Positions 1 through 7,773 of a stretch of DNA of 32,000 nt are shown in pieces. The notes below the pieces were generated by a model that did no database searches, was not told the origin of the DNA, and saw nothing but the letters and a program-made list of their open reading frames with translations. Every line of letters starts with the position of its first letter. Positions within the stretch are counted from its first letter, which is position 1. The translations under genes were made by a program, and so were the position numbers. Source of the DNA: Longivirga aurantiaca (GTDB lineage: Bacteria > Actinomycetota > Actinomycetes > S36-B12 > CAIYMF01); contig NZ_JBHSTI010000001.1 of the NCBI RefSeq assembly GCF_042660085.1, forward strand, positions 1-32,000, given 5' to 3'.

Positions 1-18
1 CCCCCGACTCGATCCGCA

Positions 19-56
19 CCTGACGGCCCCGCCTCGTCCGAGGTGGGGCTGTCAGG
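19..56. terminator. GC-rich stem-loop at the window edge, possibly the terminator of a gene upstream of the window
   Basis: CCTGACGGCCCCGCCTCG / CGAGGTGGGGCTGTCAGG are complementary apart from two G-U wobble positions. There is no U-tract. It lies 87 nt upstream of the first CDS. Confidence 0.3.
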
Positions 57-107
57 TTCCCCGGGCCGCGCGCCGGGAGCCGCTGCTGACTCGCCGGTCA
101 GTACGCC

Positions 108-135
108 GCGTACGCAGCCACCGGTCCGCGTACGC
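108..135. promoter_or_regulatory. Two copies of the 8-bp palindrome GCGTACGC, a candidate operator
   Basis: The 10-mer CCGCGTACGC occurs at 106-115 and 126-135, a 20-bp phase. Each copy contains the self-complementary GCGTACGC. The second copy overlaps the -10-like hexamer just upstream of ATG 143. Confidence 0.25.
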
Positions 136-136
136 T
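131..136 (+). promoter_or_regulatory. -10-like hexamer TACGCT, leaderless-type promoter for the 143 CDS
   Basis: A TANNNT hexamer lies exactly 6 nt upstream of ATG 143 and there is no Shine-Dalgarno sequence. The same geometry recurs at eight other genes in the window. Confidence 0.4.
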
Positions 137-142
137 CCCGCC

Positions 143-2599
143 ATGGCGGACCCCGTTCTCCCCTCCCGTGCCCGCGTCGTCGTGATCGGCGGCGGTGTCA
201 TCGGCTCCTCGGTCGCGTACCACCTCGCCGAGCTCGGCTGGACCGACACGCTGCTCCTCGAGCGCGACCGGCTCACCTCCGGCACCACCTGGCACGCGGC
301 CGGGCTCATGGTGACCTTCGGCTCGACCTCGGAGACCTCCACGGAGTTCCGGAAGTACACGCGCGACCTCTACTCCCGGCTCGAGGCCGAGACCGGCCAG
401 TCGACCGGCTTCTCACCGGTCGGCTTCATCGAGATCGCGACCGACGCCGCGCGCCTCGAGGAGTACCGCCGCGTCTCGGCGTTCAACCGCTACTGCGGCG
501 TCGACGTCCAGGAGATCTCTGCCGGCGAGGTGGAGCAGATGTTCCCCATCGCCCGGGTCGACGACGTGCTCGCCGGCTTCTACGTGGCCGAGGACGGCCG
601 CGCCAACCCGGTCGACGTCACGATGGCGCTGGCGAAGGGCGCGCGGCAGAAGGGCGCGACGGTGCTCGAGGGCGTGCCGGTCACGGCTGTCACGACCAAG
701 GACGGCGCTGTCACCGGGGTGGACACGCCGTACGGCCATGTCGAGTGCGAGGTCGTCGTGAACTGCGCCGGAATGTGGGCGCGGCAGCTAGCCGAGCAGA
801 ACGGCGTCAACGTGCCGCTGCAGGCGGCCGAGCACTACTACCTCATCACCGAGGAGTTCGACGCGATCTCCAAGTCGTTCCCGGTGCTCGAGGACCCTGC
901 CAACTACGGCTACTTCCGCGAGGAGGGCGGCGGCCTGATGGTCGGCCTCTTCGAGGCCGTCTGCGCGCCGTGGAAGGTCGACGGGATCCCCGACTCCGCG
1001 TCGTTCCTGGAGCTGCCGCCGGACTGGGACCGCATGGGCCCCTACCTCGAGGCCGCGATGAGCCGCATCCCGATGTCGAACGAGGTGGGCATCCGGAAGT
1101 TCTTCTGCGGGCCGGAGAGCTTCACGCCGGACCTTCAGCCCGTGGTCGGCGAGGCGCCCGAGGTGCGCGGCTACTTCGTGGCGGCCGGCCTCAACTCGAT
1201 CGGGATCCTCACCGGTGGCGGGATGGGCCGCGCGGTCGCCGAGTGGGTCACCACCGGCCACCCGACGGTCGACGTCACAGGCTTCAACATCGACCGCCTG
1301 CACACCTACCAGCGCAACCCGGAGTACCGCGCGACGCGCACGGTCGAGAGCCTCGGCCGGGTGTACGCCACGCACTACCCGGACAAGCAGATGCAGACCG
1401 CGCGCGGCGCCAAGCTCTCGCCGCTGCACGAGCGGCTCGCGGCGCGGCGAGCGTGGTTCCGCGACGTCAGCGGCTGGGAGAACCCGGGCTGGTACGCGCC
1501 CGAGGGTGCCGAGCCCGACTTCGGCGAGCCCACCTTCGGCCGACCGTCGTGGTGGCCGTACTGGGAGGCCGAGCACCACGCCGCCCGCAACGACGTGATC
1601 GTGATGGACATGAGCTTCATGTCGAAGTTCCTCGTGCAGGGCGACGACGCCGGCGCGCGGCTCAACTGGATCTCCGGCAACGACGTCGACGGCGAGACCG
1701 GTGTCATCACGTACACCCAGTGGCTGGACGAGCTCGGCAAGCTGCAGGCCGACCTCACGGTGACCAAGCTCGCCGACGACCGGTTCTGGGTCGTGGCGTC
1801 GGACACCGCGCACCGGCACGTCGAGACGCACCTGAGGCGGCACTTCGCAGGCCACCACGCGTTCGTCACGGACGTGACCGGCGCCTACGCGCAGATCAAC
1901 GTGCAGGGCCCGCGCTCGCGCGAGCTGCTGCAGTCGGTCACGACCGCCGACCTGTCGGACGAGGCGTTCCCGTTCCGCGCCGCGCGCGAGATCGACCTCG
2001 GCTTCGCGCGCGTGCTCTGCATCCGCATCACCTACCTCGGTGAGCTGGGCTACGAGCTCTACGTGCCGGCCGAGCAGGCGGTGCACGTGTACGACCGGCT
2101 GGTCGCGGCCGGGCCGGCGTACGGGCTCCGGCACGCGGGCACCAAGGCGCTCGCGAGCCTGCGGATGGAGAAGGGCTACCGCGACTACGGGCACGACATC
2201 GACAACACCGACACCGTGCTCGAGGCCGGGCTCGGCTTCGCCGTCGCGCTCGACAAGCCCGGTGGATTCCTCGGCCGCGACGCCGTGGCCGCGCAGAAGG
2301 CGGCGGGGCCGTTGCGCAAGCGGCTCGTGCAGGTGCTCGTCGACGACCCCGAGCCGCTGATGTTCCACGCCGAGGTGATCAGGCGCGACGGCGTGCCTGT
2401 CGGGTACATCCGAGCGGCGTCGTACGGCTTCACCCTCGGCGGCGCGGTCGGTCTGGCGATGATCGAGGCCGACGAGCCCATCGACGCCGCCTGGATCTCG
2501 GCGGGGTCGTGGACGGTGGAGATCGTCGACCGCGAGTGGCCGTGCACGGTCTCGCTGCGGCCGCTGTTCGACCCCGCCAACGAGAAGATCAAGCGCTGA
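143..2599 (+). CDS. FAD-dependent oxidoreductase fused to an aminomethyltransferase (GcvT) folate-binding domain; dimethylglycine/sarcosine oxidase-dehydrogenase family
   Basis: 818 aa. The N-terminus has the dinucleotide-binding motif VVVIGGGVIGSSVAYHLA followed by TSGTTWHAAGLM, typical of the DAO family. The C-terminal ~400 aa is GcvT-like (ITYLGELGYELYVP, MEKGYRDYGHD). The length matches the ~830-aa dimethylglycine oxidase class. Confidence 0.9.
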   Translation: MADPVLPSRARVVVIGGGVIGSSVAYHLAELGWTDTLLLERDRLTSGTTWHAAGLMVTFGSTSETSTEFRKYTRDLYSRLEAETGQSTGFSPVGFIEIATDAARLEEYRRVSAFNRYCGVDVQEISAGEVEQMFPIARVDDVLAGFYVAEDGRANPVDVTMALAKGARQKGATVLEGVPVTAVTTKDGAVTGVDTPYGHVECEVVVNCAGMWARQLAEQNGVNVPLQAAEHYYLITEEFDAISKSFPVLEDPANYGYFREEGGGLMVGLFEAVCAPWKVDGIPDSASFLELPPDWDRMGPYLEAAMSRIPMSNEVGIRKFFCGPESFTPDLQPVVGEAPEVRGYFVAAGLNSIGILTGGGMGRAVAEWVTTGHPTVDVTGFNIDRLHTYQRNPEYRATRTVESLGRVYATHYPDKQMQTARGAKLSPLHERLAARRAWFRDVSGWENPGWYAPEGAEPDFGEPTFGRPSWWPYWEAEHHAARNDVIVMDMSFMSKFLVQGDDAGARLNWISGNDVDGETGVITYTQWLDELGKLQADLTVTKLADDRFWVVASDTAHRHVETHLRRHFAGHHAFVTDVTGAYAQINVQGPRSRELLQSVTTADLSDEAFPFRAAREIDLGFARVLCIRITYLGELGYELYVPAEQAVHVYDRLVAAGPAYGLRHAGTKALASLRMEKGYRDYGHDIDNTDTVLEAGLGFAVALDKPGGFLGRDAVAAQKAAGPLRKRLVQVLVDDPEPLMFHAEVIRRDGVPVGYIRAASYGFTLGGAVGLAMIEADEPIDAAWISAGSWTVEIVDREWPCTVSLRPLFDPANEKIKR

Positions 2600-2609
2600 C
2601 CGCCGTACG

Positions 2610-3617
2610 GTGGCGGGCGTGACCGAGCGCGAGATCACCGGGCCCGTCGACCTCTGCACGCCGAAGGGCCGCGTCAACCGCGACGCCGTGGGGTGGACGC
2701 GGCAGCCGCTGCACCGCACCGCGGTGCCGGGCTGGGGACGCACGAAGCGCTGGGAGTACTGGGGCGTCATGACGCCGTCGGTGTTCGTCGGGCTCACGGT
2801 GTCCTCGCTCGACTACGCCGGCGTCGAGGCGGTGTACGTGCTCGACCGCGCGACCGGCCGCGAGCACGTGCACGAGGCGGTCGTGCCGCTCGCCCGCGGC
2901 GTGGTGCTACCCGATCGTTGCGGCACGGGCCGTGCGTCGGCGTCCGCGAAGGACCTGCGGATCGAGCTCGTCGAGGTAGCGGGCGGCACGCACATCAGCG
3001 CCACCGCCCCGGGGATCGAGGTCGACGTCGTCGCCGCGCTGCCCGAGGGGCACGAGCGCATGGGTGTGGTCGTTCCGTGGTCCGACACCCGCTTCCAGTA
3101 CACGGTGAAGGACGTCGGGCGGCCGGTCTCCGGCACGGTCGTCGTCGACGGCGCTCAGCACGAGGTGGGTGGCGCCGGCTCGTTCGGGGTGCTCGACCAC
3201 GGCCGGGGGCGGTGGCCGTACTCGCTCACGTGGAACTGGGGCGCGGGCCACGGCACAGTCGACGGACGCGGCATCGGCGTCCAGGTGGGCGGCCTCTGGA
3301 CCGACGGCACCGGCTCGACCGAGAACGCCCTCGTGGTCGACGGCGTCGTGCACAAGGAGTCGGGCACCTTGCGGTGGGAGTACGACCGCGCGGACTGGCT
3401 GCGGCCCTGGCGGATCCGGACCATCGACTCCGACCGTGTCGATCTGGCCTTCACCCCGCGGCACGAGCGGGTGGCGCGCACCAACCTGCTCGTGGTCGCG
3501 AACGAGACGCACCAGTGCTTCGGCACCTGGTCGGGGTGGATGAGCACCGACGACGGCGAGCACGTCCGCGTGGACGGCGCCGAGGGTTGGGCCGAGGAGG
3601 CCCGCAACCGCTGGTGA
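2610..3617 (+). CDS. DUF2804 domain-containing protein
   Basis: 335 aa. The N-terminal pattern (ITGPVDLC..G.vN.DAVGW.R.PLH......GWGR.KRWEYWGV) matches my recollection of DUF2804 proteins. It starts 10 nt after the upstream stop. The start could be GTG 2610 or GTG 2619. Function unknown. Confidence 0.75.
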   Translation: MAGVTEREITGPVDLCTPKGRVNRDAVGWTRQPLHRTAVPGWGRTKRWEYWGVMTPSVFVGLTVSSLDYAGVEAVYVLDRATGREHVHEAVVPLARGVVLPDRCGTGRASASAKDLRIELVEVAGGTHISATAPGIEVDVVAALPEGHERMGVVVPWSDTRFQYTVKDVGRPVSGTVVVDGAQHEVGGAGSFGVLDHGRGRWPYSLTWNWGAGHGTVDGRGIGVQVGGLWTDGTGSTENALVVDGVVHKESGTLRWEYDRADWLRPWRIRTIDSDRVDLAFTPRHERVARTNLLVVANETHQCFGTWSGWMSTDDGEHVRVDGAEGWAEEARNRW

Positions 3618-3630
3618 GGCAAGCCTCACC
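3613..3630 (+). terminator. Palindrome GGTGAGGC-AA-GCCTCACC overlapping the DUF2804 stop codon, a possible terminator
   Basis: Perfect 8+8 inverted repeat, effectively a 6-bp stem with a 6-nt loop. There is no U-tract. It is followed by a 98-nt lower-GC spacer and a separate -10-like element for yjjI. Confidence 0.35.
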
Positions 3631-3703
3631 TGATCGCCTGTGCTGCAACGGGAATCACGTGCCCGAATGCCCGATCGCGCAGCCGTGGAAGGCCAGCCGC
3701 ACC

Positions 3704-3709
3704 TACTCT
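3704..3709 (+). promoter_or_regulatory. -10-like hexamer TACTCT, leaderless-type promoter for yjjI
   Basis: A TANNNT hexamer lies 6 nt upstream of ATG 3716 and there is no SD within 20 nt. Confidence 0.4.
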
Positions 3710-3715
3710 GGACTC

Positions 3716-5269
3716 ATGGACATGTCCGAGGTACGCACGCGCGCCCGCACGCTCGTCGACAGCCCGGCGCTCACGTACAAGCAGCGCGTCCAGGCGCTCG
3801 CCGGCCTCGCCGAGGAGACGCTCGACCCGCCGCCCACCTCCACCGCTGTGACCGACGCGCTCGCGACCGGGCTCGTGTGCGACATCGGCGAGGGCCATGC
3901 GCCGTACCGGCCCCGCTACCTGCTGCCCGACTACCCCAAGGCGCTGCGCCAGGGCTCGGAGTTCCTCGGCCTGAAGCCGCCGACCGACCTCTACGAGGCC
4001 GTCGCGTTCCTGCTGTCGATGTACTCCCAGGTTCCGTCGATCACCGGCTACCCGGTCTACCTCGGCGACGTCGACTCGCTGCTCGAGCCGTACGCCGAGG
4101 GCGTCGACGACGAGACGCTCACGAAGATCCTGCGGCTGATGTGGGTCACGATCGACCGGTCGCTGCCCGACGCGTTCACCCACGCGAACCTCGGGCCGGA
4201 CGACTCGCGCGTCGGCCGCACGATCCTGGCGCTCGAGCGCGAGCTGCTGCAGACCGTGCCGAACCTGACGCTGAAGGTGGACGCCGAGCGCACGCCCGAC
4301 AGCCTCGTGCTCGACGCCGTCCGCACGGTGTTCGCGTGCGGCAAGCCGCACTTCGTCAACCACGCGATGATGACTGCCGACCTCGGGCCCGACTACGGCG
4401 TCGTCTCCTGCTACAACTCGCTGCGCGTCGGCGGGGGCTCGCACACGCTGGTGCGGCTCAACCTCGCCGAGTCCGCGCGCCGGAACGTCGGCGGCGTCGA
4501 CGACTACCTCGCCGCCACGCTGCCCGAGCACGTCGCCGTCACGGCCGAGCTCATGGCCGCGCGCATCACGTCGCTGGTGGAGCAGGCGCAGTTCTTCGAC
4601 CACAGCTGGCTCGCCGACGAGGGCCTCGTGCACCTCGACCGGATGTCGGCGATGTTCGGCGTCTACGGCCTCGCCGAGTGCGTCGACTCGCTCGTCGCCG
4701 CCGGTGGCGGCACCGGCCGCTACGGGCACGACGCCGATGCCACCGCGCTCGGGTGGCGCATCGTCGAGCGGGTCGCCGAGCTCGTCGCCGCGACCCCGCT
4801 CCCCTACTGCGAGGGCAACGGCGGCCGCGCGTTCCTACACTCGCAGTCCGGCATCGACTCCGACCTCGGCGTCACCGCCGGCACGCGCATCCCCATCGGC
4901 GACGAGCCCCCGCTGTACGAGCACCTCGCGGCCGTCACGCCGAACCACAAGTGGTTCGCCTCGGGCGTGAGCGACATCCTGTCGTTCGACGACACTGCCG
5001 TGCGCAACCCGCAGGCATGCGTCGACGTCGTACGCGGCGCTCTGGCCACCGGAATGCGCGACGTGACGTTCAACCTCGACAGCAACGACTTCATCCGCAT
5101 CACCGGCTACCTCGTGCGCAAGAGCGACCTCGCCAAGCTCGAGGCGACCGGCGTCGCCCGTCATGGCAGCGACGTCCTCGCGGCCGGGTCGGTGGCGAAC
5201 TCGCACTCGGACAAGCGTGCGCCGAAGCGGGTGATCAGCCATGAGTCAGCCCCTCGGGCTGCTGGCTGA
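3716..5269 (+). CDS. yjjI: YjjI-family glycine (glycyl) radical enzyme
   Basis: 517 aa. This is the in-frame 3' part of track ORF 2693..5269; the upstream 341 codons are an off-frame read of the DUF2804 gene. Its length and N-terminus parallel E. coli YjjI. The C-terminal glycyl-radical-type motif is FIRITGYLVRK, with the Gly codon at 5105-5107. It is immediately followed by its dedicated activase. Confidence 0.85.
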   Translation: MDMSEVRTRARTLVDSPALTYKQRVQALAGLAEETLDPPPTSTAVTDALATGLVCDIGEGHAPYRPRYLLPDYPKALRQGSEFLGLKPPTDLYEAVAFLLSMYSQVPSITGYPVYLGDVDSLLEPYAEGVDDETLTKILRLMWVTIDRSLPDAFTHANLGPDDSRVGRTILALERELLQTVPNLTLKVDAERTPDSLVLDAVRTVFACGKPHFVNHAMMTADLGPDYGVVSCYNSLRVGGGSHTLVRLNLAESARRNVGGVDDYLAATLPEHVAVTAELMAARITSLVEQAQFFDHSWLADEGLVHLDRMSAMFGVYGLAECVDSLVAAGGGTGRYGHDADATALGWRIVERVAELVAATPLPYCEGNGGRAFLHSQSGIDSDLGVTAGTRIPIGDEPPLYEHLAAVTPNHKWFASGVSDILSFDDTAVRNPQACVDVVRGALATGMRDVTFNLDSNDFIRITGYLVRKSDLAKLEATGVARHGSDVLAAGSVANSHSDKRAPKRVISHESAPRAAG

Positions 5270-5969
5270 CGTCGTCCCGTTCTCCTGGGTCGACGGGCCG
5301 GGCAACCGGTTCGCCGTGTTCCTCCAGGGGTGCAACCTCGACTGCCTGGTGTGCCACAACCCGCACACGATGCCGCTGCAGACGCCGCTCGCCCGGTCGG
5401 TGACTGTGGCCGAGCTCGTCGACGAGGTGCGTCCCCAGGCGCCGTACCTCTCGGGCGTGACCGTCTCCGGCGGCGAGGCGACGCTGCAGGCACCGTTCGT
5501 GGCCGCCTGGTTCGACGCGCTGCGCGAGGACCCGGCCACCGCCCACCTGACCCGCTTCGTCGACAGCAACGGCTGCGCCGACGACGAGGTGTGGGACCTC
5601 CTGCTCCCGCGCACCGAGGGCGTGATGCTCGACCTCAAGGCGCTCGACCTCGGCACCCACCTCGAGCTCACCGGGTCGTCGAACTTCCCGGTGCTGCGCA
5701 GCCTCGACCGGCTCGCGCTCGCGCACAAGCTCGCAGAGGTCCGGCTGCTCATCGTGCCGGGCCGCAACGACTCCGAGGAGACGCTCCGCCGCACCGGCGC
5801 GTACGTCGCTGCCCGGGCACCCGGTGTGCCCGTGCGCGTCATCGGCTTCCGGCCGCACGGCGTACGGGCCGCAGCGCGGTCCATCCCCGAGCCGACGCCC
5901 GAGGAGCGCGCCCACTACGGCGCCTGGGTCGCCGAGTCCGTCGGCGCCGACCTCGTCACCGTCGTCTGA
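5241..5969 (+). CDS. yjjW: YjjW-family glycyl-radical enzyme activase (radical SAM)
   Basis: 242 aa. SWVDGPGNRFAVFLQGCNLDCLVCHNP is the activase N-terminal signature and carries the CX3CX2C cluster (Cys codons 5331-5354). It overlaps yjjI by 29 nt. Confidence 0.85.
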   Translation: MSQPLGLLADVVPFSWVDGPGNRFAVFLQGCNLDCLVCHNPHTMPLQTPLARSVTVAELVDEVRPQAPYLSGVTVSGGEATLQAPFVAAWFDALREDPATAHLTRFVDSNGCADDEVWDLLLPRTEGVMLDLKALDLGTHLELTGSSNFPVLRSLDRLALAHKLAEVRLLIVPGRNDSEETLRRTGAYVAARAPGVPVRVIGFRPHGVRAAARSIPEPTPEERAHYGAWVAESVGADLVTVV

Positions 5970-5974
5970 CGCGA

Positions 5975-6020
5975 TTTGGTAGTGGTTTCTCGCAGCAGAG
6001 CGCGAGATTCCACTACCGAA
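5975..6020. repeat. 19-nt-arm imperfect inverted repeat just after yjjW; terminator and/or operator
   Basis: TTTGGTAGTGGTTTCTCGC (5975-5993), 8-nt loop, GCGAGATTCCACTACCGAA (6002-6020). 16 of 19 positions pair, with a symmetric TT/TT internal mismatch. It is locally AT-richer than its surroundings. Confidence 0.45.
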
Positions 6021-6044
6021 TCGGGCGTTGGTACGAGCGGCGAT

Positions 6045-6050
6045 TACGCT
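6045..6050 (+). promoter_or_regulatory. -10-like hexamer TACGCT, leaderless-type promoter for the 6058 CDS
   Basis: A TANNNT hexamer lies 7 nt upstream of ATG 6058. Confidence 0.35.
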
Positions 6051-6057
6051 CTCGACC

Positions 6058-6918
6058 ATGCTGATCGTCGACGCGCACGAGGCGCACACCTGGTTCGGGT
6101 TCGGCGTCGCCGGCAACTTCGCCGGCCACCTCGAGCAGGCGGGCGAGGCGGGCGACTTCGTGTCGGTCACGGCGCCCGAGAACGCGCCGAAGGGCATCTT
6201 CCCCTTCTACGTGCCGGGCAAGGACTCGTACCTCGGCACCTTCCCGATCTCGTCCGACGCCGTGCAGCTGCCGGAGTCCGACACCCCGCTCAACCTGCAG
6301 ATCGAACCGGAGGCCGGCCTGCTCTGCCACGTCCACTACGGCGAGGACGGCAGCGTCGAGCGGCTCGCACCGTATGCGATCGGGGCGTTCAACGACTGCT
6401 CGATCCGCCGCCCTGACGCCAAGAAGCTGAGCGAGAAGAAGAACTGGGGCCCGGCGTCCAAGGGCCTCGCCGCGCGCCTGCTCACGGTCGACGACCTCGG
6501 CCCCGCCGGAGGCACCGCCGAGCTGCGCATCGCGAGCTTCCTGCGCCGCGCCGGCGAGGCGCACGCCTACGGTCTCGACTCCCCCGTCGTCGGCTACTCG
6601 TACTACGGCGACGTCCTGCTCGACTGGATGGTCGAGCGCCTGCACCACCAGAAGGGCGCGCCCGAGACGCCGCTCGAGGACGTCGGGCAGTACCTCCTCG
6701 ACGCCGGCCGCCCCGCCACGGCCGTGATCGGCATCGGCGCCACGCGTTACACCGAGGTCGGCGAGAGCACCTACCTCGAGGACGGCGACCAGGCGATCGT
6801 GATCGTGTACGACGCCGACGCGAGCACGCCCGAGCAGGTCGCGGCCGCGGTCGCCGCAGGCACCGAGGACGACCTCGAGCATGCCTCGGTGCTGCGCCAG
6901 ACCGTCCGCACCGCCTGA
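6058..6918 (+). CDS. Hypothetical protein, divergent fumarylacetoacetate-hydrolase (FAH) superfamily-like
   Basis: 286 aa from ATG 6058; the track ORF starts at TTG 6028. Several stretches resemble the FAH-fold motif order by eye: GNFAGHLEQAG, IEPEAGLLCHV, GAFNDCSIRRPDAKKLSEKKNWGPASKG and VIGIGATRY..G.STYLEDGD. The similarity is weak, so the function call is tentative. Confidence 0.55.
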   Translation: MLIVDAHEAHTWFGFGVAGNFAGHLEQAGEAGDFVSVTAPENAPKGIFPFYVPGKDSYLGTFPISSDAVQLPESDTPLNLQIEPEAGLLCHVHYGEDGSVERLAPYAIGAFNDCSIRRPDAKKLSEKKNWGPASKGLAARLLTVDDLGPAGGTAELRIASFLRRAGEAHAYGLDSPVVGYSYYGDVLLDWMVERLHHQKGAPETPLEDVGQYLLDAGRPATAVIGIGATRYTEVGESTYLEDGDQAIVIVYDADASTPEQVAAAVAAGTEDDLEHASVLRQTVRTA

Positions 6919-6933
6919 GCAGCACCTGACGCA

Positions 6934-6966
6934 CGAGAGCCCCGGCCGCATCGGCCGGGGCTCTCG
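6934..6966. terminator. Bidirectional hairpin terminator between convergent genes
   Basis: Perfect 14-bp stem CGAGAGCCCCGGCC / GGCCGGGGCTCTCG with a 5-nt loop. It sits in the 60-nt gap between the FAH-like stop (6918) and the sdhB stop (6979). Confidence 0.6.
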
Positions 6967-6978
6967 AACGTCCAGGGA

Positions 6979-7773
6979 CTAGCGCGGGGTGCTGCCGCCC
7001 GGCGTCGCGCCCGGCTTCTCGCGCTTCTCGTTCTTCCGGAAGAGCGACGCCACCGAGAAGATCGGGTCGTACTTGCGGTCGGCGACGCGCTCCTTGAGCG
7101 GGATGAGCGCGTTGTCGGTGATGTGGATGTGCTCGGGGCAGACCTCGGTGCAGCACTTGGTGATGTTGCAGTAGCCGAGACCGTGGTCCTCCACGGCGAC
7201 CTCGCGACGGTCGGCCGTGTCGAGCGGGTGCATGTCGAGCTCGGCGATGCGCATGAGGAAGCGCGGGCCGGAGAACGTGGTCTTGTTCTCCTCGTGGTCG
7301 CGCACCGCGTGGCACACGTTGTTGCAGAGGAAGCACTCGATGCACTTGCGGAACTCCTGGCTCCGCTCGACGTCGACCTGCTGCATCCGGTAGTCGCCCG
7401 GCTCGAGGTCCGCGGGCGGCGCGAACGACGGCACCATGCGGGCCTTCTCGTAGTTGTACGAGACGTCCGTGACGAGGTCGCGGATCACCGGGAACGTCCG
7501 CAGGGGCGTGATCGCGATCGTCTCGTCCTCGGTGAACGTGTTCATGCGCGTCATGCACATGAGCCGCGGCTTGCCGTTGATCTCCGCGCTGCACGAGCCG
7601 CACTTGCCGGCCTTGCAGTTCCAGCGGACGGCGAGGTCAGGAGCCTCGGTCGCCTGCAGACGGTGGACGATGTCGAGGACGACCTCGCCCTCGTTGACCT
7701 CGACGGCGAAGTCCTGCAGCGCGCCGCCCTCGTCGTCGCCGCGCCATACCTTGAACTTGGCGGTGTACGTCAT
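6979..7773 (-). CDS. sdhB: Succinate dehydrogenase / fumarate reductase iron-sulfur subunit
   Basis: 264 aa from MTYTAKFKVWRG. Cys clusters are CKAGKCGSC, CIECFLCNNVC and CNITKCCTEVCP. The ATG overlaps the sdhA stop (TGATG at 7771-7775). The longer track ORF to 7932 is an in-frame read-through into sdhA. Confidence 0.9.
   Translation of the reverse strand: MTYTAKFKVWRGDDEGGALQDFAVEVNEGEVVLDIVHRLQATEAPDLAVRWNCKAGKCGSCSAEINGKPRLMCMTRMNTFTEDETIAITPLRTFPVIRDLVTDVSYNYEKARMVPSFAPPADLEPGDYRMQQVDVERSQEFRKCIECFLCNNVCHAVRDHEENKTTFSGPRFLMRIAELDMHPLDTADRREVAVEDHGLGYCNITKCCTEVCPEHIHITDNALIPLKERVADRKYDPIFSVASLFRKNEKREKPGATPGGSTPR

Noticed and set aside
1-142. Possible glycine or other riboswitch upstream of the DMG-oxidase-like gene
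   Set aside because: I could not find the conserved glycine-riboswitch core, or any other riboswitch consensus I know. The ATG sits 6 nt from a -10-like hexamer, which leaves no room for a leader.
3639-3659. CRP/FNR-like site (TGTGC ... TCACG) upstream of yjjI, attractive for anaerobic control of a glycyl radical enzyme
   Set aside because: The half-sites are 11 nt apart instead of the canonical 6, and each half-site deviates from TGTGA/TCACA. This is not a credible CRP/FNR box.
2693-5269. Single 858-aa protein, an apparent fusion upstream of YjjI
   Set aside because: The first ~341 codons are an Arg/Gly-rich off-frame read across the DUF2804 gene. The YjjI homology begins at MDMSEV (3716), where a -10-like hexamer and the E. 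coli-like N-terminus support the start.
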